A stretch of 64,000 nt of DNA from an uncultured delta proteobacterium (GCA_963766715.1 CAVYBH010000015.1:224001-288000); one strand, 5' to 3'; shown: positions 1 to 12,909, numbered from the stretch's first letter. Program-made: numbers and translations. Notes: generated from the sequence alone by a model not told the origin.

Positions 1-185
1 AGCTCGGACACCCGGTCGAAGCCGTAGGTCCCCGAGGTGCCGTGGATCCGGTGGAGGAACTTGGCTCAGGCGATCGCGGGCCTCGGGCTCGCCCTGGCCG
101 AGGCGCTCCCAGAGGGAGCGCAGCGCCTGGCCTCCTGCAGGAGCTGGAGGCGGTAGGCGACGTAGGGATCGATCCGCTCGTTCAT
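1..185 (-). CDS. Hpt (histidine phosphotransfer) domain protein, frameshifted, runs off left edge
   Basis: ATG at 185 overlaps the upstream stop (ATGA). Manual translation of bases 1-65 on the minus strand gives AKFLHRIHGTSGTYGFDRVSE, matching the Hpt H-x-x-x-G-x-x-G motif. Confidence 0.65.
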
Positions 186-578
186 TGGAGGGCCTCGACG
201 GTGGCGTTGCTCGCGGAGGAGCGGCGCGATGCCGGCCGCGATGGCGGCGGGCGGGGAGGGCTTGGGCAGGAAGGCGTTGGCCCCGGGCCAGGCCCGGCGT
301 GCCGCTGCGGCCCGTCCTCGTGGCCGGACAGGAAGACCACCGGCGTGGCGGCCCCGAGGCGGATCCGGATCTCGGCGCAGAGGGTCGGCCCCTTCCAAGT
401 CGGGCAGCTCGTAGTCGAGGAGGACGAGGTCGAAGCGCGTCTTCCCCAGGAGGGCGAGCGCGTGGGAGCCGGTGGCAGCGGTGACCACCTCCACCCCGCA
501 CAGCCGGGGCAGGGTCGCCGACACGATGCGCAGCATGGCCTCGTCGTCGTCCACGTAGAGGATTCGCTTTCCGTGCAT
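182..578 (-). CDS. single-domain response regulator (receiver), frameshifted
   Basis: MHGKRILYVDDDEAM...LVLLDYELPD, then in other frames TPVVFLSGH and GANAFLPKP. Confidence 0.8.
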
Positions 579-591
579 GCAGGCGAGCAGT

Positions 592-606
592 GCACGGCTC
601 GCGCCA
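592..606 (-). promoter_or_regulatory. sigma54 -24/-12 promoter for the receiver/Hpt genes
   Basis: TGGCGCGAGCCGTGC on the minus strand, GG-N10-GC, 14 nt before the ATG at 578. Confidence 0.65.
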
Positions 607-634
607 GCGAGGATGGGCGGAATCCGGAGGGTGA

Positions 635-756
635 TGTTCCAAGTCGGAACGCACCCTGGGTCACTCCGCCCCGGCGTCCGGAACGCTTTGTCCCGTTCCG
701 GCGCACCGTTCGCCGCCAGGGCAGTCGGCCCGCTCCGATGCATTCCGACCTGGAAC

Positions 757-757
<1 letters not shown>
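635..757. promoter_or_regulatory. cluster of candidate enhancer-binding-protein dyads
   Basis: TGTTCC-AAGTC-GGAACG (635-651), TGTCCC-GTTCC-GGCGCA (689-705), CATTCC-GACCT-GGAACA (741-757). Confidence 0.5.
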
Positions 758-2276
<1,519 letters not shown>

Positions 2277-2293
2277 GGCGACCGCGGCGGCCG

Positions 2294-3345
2294 CTAGCGA
2301 CCGCGGGTGGCGTCCCGGACCGCGCGGGGCGCCGCCGGCCAGCCGCTCGTGGTACCAGGCCACCGTCTCGGCCAGCCCCTCGCGGATGGAGTGGGTCGGC
2401 GAGTAGCCCAGGAGGCGGCGGGCCCGGCCGATGTCGGCGTGGGAGTGGCGGATGTCGCCGGCGCGCGACGGACGGCGCTCCAGGGCGACCCGGGCCGCGG
2501 CCGGATGGAGGCGGGCTGCCTCCTCCTGCATGAGCGAGAAGAGCTCGAGCAGCGTGCTGCGTCCGCCCGCGCCGACGTTGTAGACCGTGCGCAGCGCGGC
2601 GGGATCGGTGACGGTGGCCGCGAGCAGGTTGGCCTGGACCACGTTGGCCACGTAGGAGAAGTCCCGGCTCGTCTCGCCGTCGCCGTTCAGCCAGGCGGGC
2701 TCGCCGCCGAAGAGGCTCTTGAACCAGAGCGGGATCACCGCGGCGTAGGCGCCCTGCGGGTCCTGACGGGGCCCGAAGACGTTGAAGTAGCGCAGCCCGA
2801 CGGTCTCGAGGCCATAGGCGCTGGCGTAGGCGTGCGCGTAGAGCTCGTCGGCGGCCTTGGTGGCGGCGTACGGGGAGAGCGGCCGGCCGGTGGCCTCCTC
2901 GACCTTGGGCAGGCCGGGGTGATCGCCGTAGACGGCGCTGGAGCTCGCGTAGACCACGCGGGCCACGCCGGCGTCCCTCGCGGCCGAGAGGACGTTCAGG
3001 AAGCCGGTGACGTTCACGTCGTGGCTCGTCCCGGGATCCTGGATCGAGCGCGGAACCGACCCCAGCGCGGCCTGGTGCAGGATCACGTCGACCCCGGTGC
3101 AGGCGGCGCGGCAGGCCGCCGGCTCCCGGATGTCTCCCTCCACGAGCTCGAAGCGCTCGGGCGCGCCCGCGGAGGCCTCGGCGACGTTGCGGCGGTGGCC
3201 GGTGGAGAAGTCGTCGAGGACCCGGACCCGCTGGCCCAGCGCGAGCAGCCGCTCGACGAGGTGCGAGCCGATGAACCCGGCGCCGCCGGTCACCAGCCAG
3301 GTCCGGGGAGGACCCGACGCGGAACTGCACCGGGGCCGCGGTCAC
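2294..3345 (-). CDS. NAD-dependent UDP-HexNAc(A) 4-epimerase (WbpP/TviC-like), ends frameshifted
   Basis: TGGAGFIGSH, HQAALGSVPRS, SPYAATK, LRYFNVFGPRQDP. The GTG at 3345 overlaps the upstream stop. Confidence 0.85.
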
Positions 3346-4782
3346 GCCTTCACCAGGCGACAGGGCGGGGCGCGGTCCGGGAAGAGAGGAGCCACCAGGT
3401 TGCGGGTGTCGACGGCCAGCTTCACCTTCTCGAAGAGCCCCGGCTGCCGGAAGGCGTCGTGGGCGGTCGAGACCACCACCGCGTCGTAGGAGGCGAAGGT
3501 GTCCGCGTCGCAGGGCACCGAGGCGAGCATGACGTCGTGCTTGCGCCCCTTGCGCGCCGACGGGAAGTGCGGGTCGCAGAAGTCGACCTGGGCGCCGGCC
3601 TCCTGCAGGTGCTCGATGATCTCGTAGGAGGGCGACTCCCGGTCGTCGTCCACGTTGGCCTTGTAGGCGAGGCCGAGCACGAGGATGCGGGAGCCGCGGA
3701 CCGCCTTGGCGTCGTCGTTCAGCGCCGTGGCGATGCGGGCGCAGACGTGGCGGGGCATGCTGGTGTTGATCTCGCCGGCCAGCTCGACGAAGCGGGCCCA
3801 CTGCCCGTGCTCGGCGGCCTTCCAGGACAGGTAGAACGGGTCGAGCGGGATGCAGTGCCCGCCCAGGCCCGGGCCCGGATAGAAGGGCATGAAGCCGAAG
3901 GGCTTGGTCTTGGCGGCCTCGATGACCTCCCAGACGTCGATGCCCATCCCGTCGAGGAGGACCTTCATCTCGTTCACGAGCGCGATGTTCACCGAACGGA
4001 AGATGTTCTCGAGGAGCTTGGCCGACTCGGCCACGCGGGCCGAGGAGACCCGGACCACCTTGTCGACGGCCGCGGTGTAGAGCGCCACCGCCGCGTCGGT
4101 GGAGGGCGCGTCGACGCCGCCCACGACCTTGGGGATCCGCGGGTGGAGAACTTGCCGTTGCCCGGATCCTCGCGCTCGGGGGAGAAGGCGAGGAGGAAGT
4201 CCTCGGGGCAGGTGAGCCCGCTCTTCTGGAGGATTGGGCAGGACCTCTCCGTCCGTCGTTCCCGGGTAGGTGGTCGACTCGAGCACCACCAGCTGGCCGG
4301 CCCGGAGGCGCGGGGCGATGGCCTCGGCGGTGCGGTGGATGTACGAGTTGTCCGGCTCGCGGTGCGGGCCGAGCGGCGTGGGGACGCAGATGATGATGGC
4401 GTCGCAGTCGCGCAGGCCGTCGAAGTCGGTGGTGGCGGAGAAGCGCCCGCTGTGCACGGCCTCGGTCACGCGCTCGGGCCCGATGTGCTTGATGTACGAC
4501 TCGCCGCGCTCGAGCGCGTCGACCTTGCGGGAGTCGACGTCGAAGCCGACGACCGGGAATCCGCCCTCGGCGAAGACCAGCGCGAGCGGCAGCCCCACGT
4601 AGCCCTGGCCGATGATCCCGATGCGGGCGGTGCGGGCCTGGATCTTCGCGACGAGCGCGTCCGCGACGGCGGACGACGGCGCGCGACGGGCGGAGCGGCG
4701 GCAGGACGGATCGCAGGGTCGGCCCCTCGTGGCGAGGCCTCGCGGGTGCGCTGGGGGTTCGGGCTTCGACGGGGGTGGACAT
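3342..4782 (-). CDS. UDP-N-acetyl-hexosamine 6-dehydrogenase (WbpA/WbpO/TviB-like), frameshifted
   Basis: GIIGQGYVGLPLA, ICVPTP, LESTTYPGTT, KLLENIFRSVNIALVNE, GPGLGGHCIPLDP, GLAYKANVDD. SD GGAGG precedes ATG 4782. Confidence 0.9.
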
Positions 4783-4835
4783 GCGTCCTCCAGGGAGCGG
4801 CTGCGGGAAAGGGAACGAGGAAGGGCGACGCCTGG

Positions 4836-5141
4836 CTAGGCGGCGGGGTCGGCGCGCATCGGCTCGTTGGCCGGGGCGAGGTCGGGCAGCGGGCGGCCCT
4901 CGAGCATCCAGCCGAGGCCGAGGTCGCGGAGCATCTGGGCGACGTCGGGCGTGGCGTTCATGACGCGCACCTTGCGGCCGGTGCGGGCGACCCTGCCGTG
5001 GGTGCGGACCAGGGAGGAGAGGACGCCGGCGTCCAGGGTCTCCACACCGGCCAGCGAGACCGCGTCGCCGGCGAGGGCGACGGACGCGGCGGGAGTGGCG
5101 CTGGGGAGGGGCATCGTGGCGGCGTAGGCGGGAGGGCTCAT
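4836..5141 (-). CDS. STAS-domain (anti-anti-sigma-like) protein
   Basis: VSLAGVETLDAGVLSSLVRTHGRVARTGRKVRVMNATPDVAQMLRDLGL has STAS spacing. Confidence 0.6.
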   Translation of the reverse strand: MSPPAYAATMPLPSATPAASVALAGDAVSLAGVETLDAGVLSSLVRTHGRVARTGRKVRVMNATPDVAQMLRDLGLGWMLEGRPLPDLAPANEPMRADPAA

Positions 5142-5142
5142 G

Positions 5143-6300
5143 TCAGGCGACCTTCAGGGTTCGGGAGGGATTCACGACAGGTACGGTCGACTTCATTGCA
5201 GGCCGCGTGCCGAGCAGTTGGACCAGCGAATCCGCGATGCGGAGCGAGGCGCGGCCGTCCCCGTAGGGGTTGACCGTCCGGGTCCGGCGCACCGCCGTGG
5301 TCAGGAGTGTTCCGAGCCGGCGCGCGATGCGTTCCGGATCGGTACCGACCAGCTCGGCGAGGCCGGCGTCCACGCCCTCGGGGCGCTCGGTGGTCTCCCG
5401 CACCACGAGGATGGGCGCGCCGAAGGTGGGCGCCTCCTCCTGCACGCCGCCCGAGTCGGTGACGATCACGTCGGCCCGCTTCATGAGGGAGACGAACGGG
5501 AGGTACCCCTGGGGCTCGACCAGCTCGACGCCGGGCACCGCGCCCAGGATCTCCTGGGCGCCGCCTGCACGTGGGGATTCGGGTGGACCGGCCAGACCAC
5601 GCGGGCGCGCGGGACGCCGGCGATGGCGTCGCGGATCGCGCCGAGCACGCCGCGGAGCGGAGCGCCCAGGCTCTCGCGCCGGTGGAGGGTGACGAGGACC
5701 AGGCGGTCGACGGGAGAGACCGGCCACGGGCAGCTCGGGCGAGCGGCCGGAGGCCTCGAGGAGCGCGTCGATCCCGGTGTTGCCGGTGACGACGATCCGG
5801 TCGGCCGGGACGCCCTCCGCGAGCAGGTTGGCGAGCGCGCCGCGGGTCGGGGCGAAGTGGATGGTGGTGAGCGCGCCGGCCAGGCGGCGGTTGGCCTCCT
5901 CCGGGAACGGGCTGTCGATGCTCTCGGTCCGCAGTCCCGCCTCGACGTGGGCGAACGGGATGCGCCGGTAGAAGGCGGTGAGCGCGGCGGCGAGGACGGT
6001 CGTGGTGTCGCCCTGGGCGAGGACCACGTCGAAGGGGCGCGAGGCGAGCACGCCGTCGATGCCCTCGAGGAGGCGGGCGGTGAGGCTGGCCAGCCCCTGG
6101 TCGGGGCGCATGAGATCGAGGTCCGCGTCGGCGGCCAGGCCGAGATCGGCGGCGGCGCGATCGAGCAGCCCGCGGTGCTGCCCGGTGAAGAGGACGTGGA
6201 CGTCGAAGCGCCCGGTGGCGCGGAGGGCCCGGACGACCGGCGCCATCTTGATGGCCTCGGGGCGGGTGCCGATGACGGCGAGAGCGCTGATCGTCTTCAT
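5143..6300 (-). CDS. wecB: UDP-N-acetylglucosamine 2-epimerase (non-hydrolysing), internal frameshifts
   Basis: GTRPEAIKMAP, TGQHR, QGDTTT, HVEAGLR, PFPEEANRR, TDSGGVQEEAP, RETTERPE, NPYGDGRAS. Confidence 0.92.
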   Translation of the reverse strand: MKTISALAVIGTRPEAIKMAPVVRALRATGRFDVHVLFTGQHRGLLDRAAADLGLAADADLDLMRPDQGLASLTARLLEGIDGVLASRPFDVVLAQGDTTTVLAAALTAFYRRIPFAHVEAGLRTESIDSPFPEEANRRLAGALTTIHFAPTRGALANLLAEGVPADRIVVTGNTGIDALLEASGRSPELPVAGLSRRPPGPRHPPPAREPGRSAPRRARRDPRRHRRRPARPRGLAGPPESPRAGGAQEILGAVPGVELVEPQGYLPFVSLMKRADVIVTDSGGVQEEAPTFGAPILVVRETTERPEGVDAGLAELVGTDPERIARRLGTLLTTAVRRTRTVNPYGDGRASLRIADSLVQLLGTRPAMKSTVPVVNPSRTLKVA

Positions 6301-6314
6301 GCCGCCGTGTGATT

Positions 6315-6329
6315 GCACGGCGGGTGCCA
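6315..6329 (-). promoter_or_regulatory. sigma54 -24/-12 promoter upstream of wecB
   Basis: TGGCACCCGCCGTGC on the minus strand, GG-N10-GC. A candidate enhancer dyad TGCACC-N5-GGAACG lies at 6399-6415. Confidence 0.7.
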
Positions 6330-6361
6330 GCGCCCCGCGCGACCGATCGTTCCGGAACGCG

Positions 6362-7634
6362 TCAGTGCGGGGAGGCGGGCTGTGCCGCCGAGAGCGACTG
6401 CACCGCTTCGGAACGGCGTCCGCGGTACAGGCGGAACACCCGCGGCCCGGCGAGGTACACGCCGAGCACGCAGGCCTCGGCGACGAAGGTGGCGATGGCC
6501 GCGCCCAGCGCGCCCCGGGTGGGGATGAGGAACAGGTTCACGGCCACGTTGGCGACGGCCGCGAGCCCCTGGCCGAACGGCATCACCTTCTCGCGCCCGG
6601 AGGCGACCAGGCGGCGCGAGAGGAAGGCCGTCTGGACCTGCAGGACGCTCGCCGCGAGCAGCCAGGCGAAGGCCGGGGCCGCGTCGCTCCAGCCCTTGCC
6701 GTAGAGCAGGGTGATGAAGGCGCCGGCGAAGGGCAGGAGGAGGAGCGGCCCGGCCGAGAGCCCGATCGAGGCGAGGATCCCGAGCTTGCGGGCGCGCGCC
6801 CGCGCCGCGGGATCGGCGGAGACCAGCCCCGGGAAGAGCGCCATGGCGAACGCGCCCGCGCCGGTGGCGACCCCGTTGATGACCCGGTAGGCGCCGCCGT
6901 AGAGGCCGAGCTGCACCGGCGTCGAGAGCCCCTCGAGGAAGATCATGTCGATCCGGGAGGAGATGGAGCCGAAGACCGAGGAGAGGCCGATCCACCGCCC
7001 GCGCCGGCTGAAGTGCTCGCGCACCGCCTGCGTCCTTGCGGGGGCGGAGCGGGAAGAGGTTCCGGTGGACGAGGAGCGCCCGCCCGGAGGCGAGCGTGAT
7101 CGCGCCGGCGAGCTGGCCGCCCATGGCCAGGAGGAGGTTCCCGCGCCAGGCCCCCCAGGCGACGCCCGCGAGCATCACGGCGCGCGACACCACGATCACC
7201 GGGAGGTCCCGCGCCGAGGCGCCGCGCCCCAGGATGGAGTAGTTGAAGGTCGAGGCCAGCCCGTTCACGATGAGCGCCAGGAGCGCGAGCGCCAGCGAGC
7301 CGGCGCCCTCCGCGTCGAGGCGCAGCCCGGCCCCGATGGCCAGGCCGGCCGCGACCGTGATGGCCGTGCCCTTGGCGAGCGCGGCGAGCGAGCCCTCCAG
7401 GACGGCGCCCGGCTCGTGCTTCCGGCCGGCGTAGAGGGTGATGGCGACCTCGCCGGCGCCGAAGAGCAGCACGATGGCCAGGATGCCCGCCACCGCCAGC
7501 GCGAAGGTGTAGTGCCCCATCGCGACCGGGCCGAGCGCGCGGGCGACCATCACGCCGGCGGCGACCTGGCTCGCCATGTCGACGACCTGGACGGCCATGG
7601 TGGCGGCGGCGGGGGGCAGGCGAAGTCGCTTCAC
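6362..7634 (-). CDS. Wzx-type oligosaccharide flippase, frameshift near 7025
   Basis: VARALGPVAMGHYTFALA, many TM segments, SRIDMIFL...LGLYGGAYR, NVAVNLFLIPTRGALGAAIAT. Confidence 0.8.
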
Positions 7635-8757
7635 GGCAGGCACTCCTCGAACAGGCGCCGGTAGGCGGAGGCCTTGGCGGCGAAGGTGAACTCGGCCTGG
7701 ATGCGGCGGCGCGCCTCTTCCCCCATCCGGCGCGCGCCGTCGGGGTCGGAGAGGAGCTCCACGACGCGGGCGGCGAGCCGCCCCGGGTCCCGCGGCGGCA
7801 CCAGGTAGCCTCCGCGCCCCTCCTCGAGGATCTCCCGGGTGCCTCCCACGTCCGTGGCCACGATGGGGACGGCGCAGGCGCCCGCCTCCAGGACCACGTT
7901 GGGCATCCCCTCCGTGTGGGAGGACTGCACGAAGAGGTCGGCGGCGGGGAGCAGCCGGTCCACGTCGTCCGCGGAAGCCCGCCAGCACGAAGCGATCCCG
8001 AAGACCCGCGGCCTGGATCGCCGCGGCCAGGTCGGCGCGCAGCGGGCCCTCTCCCACCAGCACGAACCCCACCCCGGGCAGGCGGTCCACCACCTGCCGG
8101 GCCGCCGCGCACGAGGTCGGCGAAGCCCTTCTCCGGGCTGAGGCGGCCGGCGGCGATCACGACGTGCTGGGGGCGCGACGGGAAGAGGGCCTCGAGCTCC
8201 CTCCGGACGGCGGGGTCGGCCGGCGCGAAGCGGGAGGTGTCGATGGCGTTCCGGATGACCACCACCCGGTCGGCGCGGATCCCGGCCTCCTGCACCCGCT
8301 GCCCCTGCCGCTCCGACACGGCCACCACCCGGCGCGCGCCGCGCATGAAGAGCTTGTCGATGGCCTCGTTCACCCGGACCCGGAAGGAGGCGCCGGTCCA
8401 CCCGTGGGCCACGGCGATCTGCGGCACGCCCGCGCGGCGGGCGGCCAGGAACCCGACCAGGTCGGTCTTGTAGCCATGGGTGATGACGACGTCCGGGCGG
8501 AGCCGGCGCAGGACGCCGTCGACCTCGCGGATCGCGCCGCGCAGCGGGCGGCCGGTGGAGGCGAGCAGTTCCGACTCGATGCCCACCTCGCGCAGGCGAT
8601 CGTGGAACGCCCTCCCCTCGGGGAAGCCGACGAAGATCGTCCGCTCCGCCCCGCGCTGGGCGGCGGCGAGGCCGAGCATCTGCCGCTCCGGGCCTCCCAG
8701 GAAGGGCGAGGCCACGAGGTGCACGACGACGCGCGGGCGAGGGGAGGTCGCGGTCAT
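7631..8757 (-). CDS. GT4 glycosyltransferase, frameshifted
   Basis: LGGPERQM, PDVVITHGYK, IRNAID, AGRLSPEKG, FVQSSHTEGMPNVVLEAGACAVPIVATDVGG. Confidence 0.85.
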
Positions 8758-8760
8758 GGC

Positions 8761-9486
8761 TCAGGCCGCCGCGACGGGGAGGAGCGCCACGGGCCGCAGG
8801 TCGCGAACCGGCTTGGCCGGGATCCCGGCCACCAGGGTGAACGGGGGCACGTCCCGGGTGACGATCGAGCCAGCGCCCACCACCGCGCCCTCGCCGATGG
8901 TGACGCCCGGCATGATCTTGCACCCGTGACCGATCCAGACGTCGTCCCCGATGGTGACCGGGCGGATCTGGTCGGGCTCGACGCCCTGGACGCGCCGCCG
9001 GGCGGCGTCGAGCGGGTGGCCCGGGTTGTCGGCGATGAAGACCTCGTTGGCGATGAGCACGTGGTTCCCGATGGTCACCTTGCTGCCCACGCTGATGGAG
9101 ACCCGGTGGCCCAGGTAGGTCTTGTTCCCGATCTCCAGCACCGGGTTCCTGCCCGCGCTGGTCGACACGAAGCTGGAGATGGCGTTCATCGTGCAGTCGT
9201 CGCCGATGCGGATGCGGATGTCGCCGTAGACGTAGGGCGCCCCCAGGTCGACCCGCAGGTTCTTGCCCACCTTCTCGCAGCGGGCCCGGAACATGGGCTG
9301 GTAGTAGAGGCAGCGGGTGATCCAGCGGAAGGCGCCGCGGATCCCGTGATGCGCGTACCACACGGGGAGGAAGATCACCCGGGGTGCGGGCATCTCGAGG
9401 GTGCGAAGCCGCTTGGCGGCGCGGTAGGCGAGGTCGGCCATCGGCGTCTCGCGCCGCTTCACCTTGCGGATGAGGTCCTGGATCAT
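8761..9486 (-). CDS. hexapeptide-repeat (LbH) O-acyltransferase
   Basis: VTIGNHVLIA...DNPGHPLD...PVTIGDDVWIG...GVTIGEGAVVGAGSIVTRDVPPFTLVAGIPAK. Confidence 0.88.
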   Translation of the reverse strand: MIQDLIRKVKRRETPMADLAYRAAKRLRTLEMPAPRVIFLPVWYAHHGIRGAFRWITRCLYYQPMFRARCEKVGKNLRVDLGAPYVYGDIRIRIGDDCTMNAISSFVSTSAGRNPVLEIGNKTYLGHRVSISVGSKVTIGNHVLIANEVFIADNPGHPLDAARRRVQGVEPDQIRPVTIGDDVWIGHGCKIMPGVTIGEGAVVGAGSIVTRDVPPFTLVAGIPAKPVRDLRPVALLPVAAA

Positions 9487-10823
9487 GACGAGGCTCCTGG
9501 GGAAACGGGGACGGCGGGCAGGCTGCGCTCGGTCGCTGCGACGAGCGCGAGCAGGATGAAGGTGAACCAGCTCCAGCACTGGGAGAGGAAGAAGGCGGAG
9601 ATGAAGAAGGCCACCACGGTGGGGAAGAGCGACCCCGCCGCGGCCCGCTCCAGCGGGTCCTCGAGCTCCTGGCGGCGTCCCCGCACCCGGAAGGCCGACC
9701 TGAAGGTCAGCACCACCATGGCCACGAAGGGCACGAAGCCGACGATGCCGGTCTCGGCGGCGGCCTTGACGAAGGAGTTGTGGGCCTCGAGCTTGTGCCA
9801 GATGACCGCGTTGGTGACGTATCGCGGGTAGTTGTCGGCGAACCGGTCGTAGCCGACGCCCAGGATGGGGCGGGCCTTCACCATCCGCATGCCCGCCATC
9901 CAGGCGTCGAGCCGCCCCTGCGCCGACTCGTCGATCCCGTCCCCGTCCCCGCCGCCGCTCGAGCGCTTGGACATGCCGGACGCGGCCATGAGCACGGCCA
10001 TGCCCACGGCCAGGATCCCGAACTGCACCGCGCGGCTCCTCACCTTCTCGCGGAGGAGGATGAAGGCGGCCGCGCCCATTCCCAGGAACCCGCCGCGGGA
10101 CTGGGTCGAGACGATCCCCGAGACCACCGCGAGCAGGAGGACCCCGTAGAGCCAGCGCTTTGGCCCCTTCGTCGCCATCACCGCGCTGGCCAGGAACGGC
10201 ATGCCCATGAGCAGGCAGAGGGCCAGGTCGTTGGGATCCCCGAGGAGGCCGACGAAACCGGCGCGGCTGCCCTCGATGGTGGCCTGACCGGTGACCTTGG
10301 CGACCAGTGCGTAGACCCCGAGGGAGGCGGTGGCCACGCCGATGGTGGTGAGGGTGGTCGCGGCGCGCCCCGGCGTGGTGACCAGGTTCAGGATGAGGAC
10401 GTAGAGGATGATGATCTTGACGAAGACGTCCTGGAAGAGTCCGAGGCTGGTGCCGGGGTCGGTCCCCAGGAACGACGAGGCGAGCAGCGCCAGGGTCAGC
10501 CAGACGAAGTAGCGGTCGAGCTTGCACCGCACCCACGAGACGTCCTGGCGGACCATCTTCTCGATGGCCCAGAGCCCGAGCGCCCCCAGGGCCAGCATCT
10601 TGGCGGGCTGCAGCACCGCCAGCGCCGGCACGATGTCGGCGGGACGGAGCAGGAGCATGAGCATGAAGCCGAGCAGCGCCCGGAACGGGCTCGCGAAGAC
10701 CCAGACCGCGAGCGCGGCGCCGATCACCGCGCCGGCCGGCGCGAGGGGGTGGAACGCGGCCAGGGAGCCGACGCCGGCCGCACTCGCGGCACCCGCCGCG
10801 GCCATGGCCGGCCCTCGCCTCAC
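9483..10823 (-). CDS. Wzy polymerase / O-antigen ligase family membrane protein
   Basis: Multiple TMs; GDPNDLA, TQSRGGFLG, RPILGVG, AHNSFVKAAAETGIVG. Confidence 0.82.
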   Translation of the reverse strand: MRRGPAMAAAGAASAAGVGSLAAFHPLAPAGAVIGAALAVWVFASPFRALLGFMLMLLLRPADIVPALAVLQPAKMLALGALGLWAIEKMVRQDVSWVRCKLDRYFVWLTLALLASSFLGTDPGTSLGLFQDVFVKIIILYVLILNLVTTPGRAATTLTTIGVATASLGVYALVAKVTGQATIEGSRAGFVGLLGDPNDLALCLLMGMPFLASAVMATKGPKRWLYGVLLLAVVSGIVSTQSRGGFLGMGAAAFILLREKVRSRAVQFGILAVGMAVLMAASGMSKRSSGGGDGDGIDESAQGRLDAWMAGMRMVKARPILGVGYDRFADNYPRYVTNAVIWHKLEAHNSFVKAAAETGIVGFVPFVAMVVLTFRSAFRVRGRRQELEDPLERAAAGSLFPTVVAFFISAFFLSQCWSWFTFILLALVAATERSLPAVPVSPGASS

Positions 10824-12271
10824 GGGCGCCTCGCGAGCGCAGCGTGCCGATCAGGTCGACGCCGGCGATGGTCGCCACCCGGTCGCGTCGGACGACGCCC
10901 GAGAGGAGCTCCGCCACGGCCGCCAGGACGATGCCCAGGACGACGCCGGCGAACAGGCCGGCAACGGCGACGATCAGGGTGGCCGGCTTGGTGGAGTGGG
11001 TGGGACGGATGGGCGGCTCGACGATCCACACCTGCCCCTTCTCGTCGAAGAGGGCCAGCTCGCGGGTGACGAGCGCGTCCTCGTACTTCACGAGGAGATC
11101 GCGGTAGACCTTGGACTTGCTGTCGACGTCCCGCTGCATGTGGGTGAGGTTCTGCTCGTTGTGGGCGAAGTCGCGGACTTGCTGGTCCGACTGGGCGAGG
11201 CGGCGCTGGAGCGCGGAGACCCTGCCGCGGGCCCCCTCGATCTCGCCGAGCACGGCCTTGTAGACCAGGATGTCGTTGCTGAGCAGGTCGCCCTGCCCGT
11301 CGGGCCCGCCCGCGCCGCGCCGATCGCCGCCGCGGGACGCGGCCATCGCCTCGAGCCGGGGGAGGTCGAGCTCGCTGGCCGGCGCCGGGCCAGCCCCTCG
11401 CGCTCGGCCTCCAGCCGCCGGATGACCGCCCGCTGGGTCTCGAGCTGCGGGTGCTCGTCGGTGTAGCTGGCCCGGAGGTCCCGCTGCCGGGCCTGGGCCT
11501 CGAGCAGCTTCGTCTCCAGCTGGCGCAGCGCGGGGCTCTGGGAACGCAGGCGCGCCTCGGTCAGCGCCTTCTTGCGCAGCGCGGCCTGGAGATCGGTCTC
11601 GGCCTCGTCGAGCGCCCGCTTGAGCTGCAGGGTGGTGTCGAGGTTACTGGTGGAAGACCTCGGGCAGCTCGGTGGCGTTGTCGGCCTTGTAGAGGGCGAG
11701 CTGGTGCTCGTCGACCTCCAGCTCGGCGCGGAGCCGCTCGATCTGGACCCGGAGGAACTCGGCCGACTCGGCGATGGACTGCTTCTGCGGTCGCATCATC
11801 TCGGCGATGAAGGTCGCGACGAGGACGTTCAGCGTCTGGTAGGTGGCCTCGGGGCTTCCCTGGGTGACCGAGAGCTGGGCCATGGTGTTGGCCACGCCGA
11901 AGACCTCGACCTCCTTGCGGAAGGCCGAGACCTTGAGCTCGATCGACGGGTCGGTGTCCTGGTCGGTGATCGCCCGGTCTGGCGCAGCACCTTCTCGAGC
12001 GTGGACTGGCCGCGGATGAGCTCCTGCAGCACCTGGATCCGGTTCTTCACGTTCCAGTCGACCATCTTGTCGTTCAGGATGGGGTTCACCGCCTTGCTCT
12101 CCTGGATGAGCACCTTGGCGGTGGCCTTGTACCGGTTGGGCATTGCCTTGTTCACGCCACTGCCACGGCCGGCGTGACCAGCACGGCGAGAGCACCATGA
12201 GCCAGCGGCGCTTCATGGCGGTGCCGATGAGCGACCAGGTGCTGGCCTGCGGCGGGGGCCTCCGGCTTCAC
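10820..12271 (-). CDS. polysaccharide co-polymerase (Wzc/GumC-like membrane part), several frameshifts
   Basis: N-terminal TM, PNRYKATAKVLI, coiled coils (SAEFLRVQIERLRAEL; YTDEHP), VWIVEPPIRP and a C-terminal TM. Confidence 0.75.
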
Positions 12272-12877
12272 GCGTGCCCCCTGTCGGTGGCGGGCCGCAG
12301 GAGGCGGCGCCCTTCCCCGCGGTCCGGCCGCCCGGAGAACATCTGGCGGACGGCGCTGGTCCGGCGCCTGAGCGCACCGAGGAGCGACGGCAGCCCGCGG
12401 TCGTCGCGGTCGTTCCAGACCACGCCGAGCGGGGGAATCCCGAGAGCGTCCAGGCGGGCGCGGAGCTGCGCGACCTCCGACTCGGTGGTGCGGCCGGCGA
12501 GGAGGACGATGAGCGCGCCGTCGATGGCCGAGAGCCACTCCGGCGAGAGGCGGATCCCGCCGTCGCCGTCGAGCAGCGCGGCGCCGTCGATGATCACCCG
12601 GGTCGTGGCCGGCACGTCGCCGGGCGCGGTCGCCTGGACGGTCTCGGTGTCGAGGAAGCGCCAGGCGCCCGGCTCGGCGGCGCCCAGCGCCACCGCGAGC
12701 GTGTAGAAGAGGCGGCTCTTCCCGTCCCCGTTGCGCGCCGAGACGATGAGGATGTAGCGGCTGGTGGCCGGCGCGCAGGGCCGCGGCCACGCCCTCGGCG
12801 AGCAGCCGGCGGGCCAGCACGTCCTTCTTGGACGCGGATTCCGGGGCGGACTGGTCCTGGCGGGAGATGGAGCGCAT
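12268..12877 (-). CDS. stand-alone CpsD/CapB-like tyrosine kinase homologue (short), frameshifted
   Basis: YILIVSARNGDGKS (Walker A-like), VIIDGAALL, DGALIVLLAGRT, LGVVWN. Confidence 0.6.
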
Positions 12878-12894
12878 GGCTGGCAGGGGCCATT

Positions 12895-12909
12895 GCAACC
12901 CCCGATCCA
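12895..12909 (-). promoter_or_regulatory. sigma54 promoter for the leftward EPS operon
   Basis: TGGATCGGGGGTTGC on the minus strand, GG-N10-GC. Confidence 0.6.
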
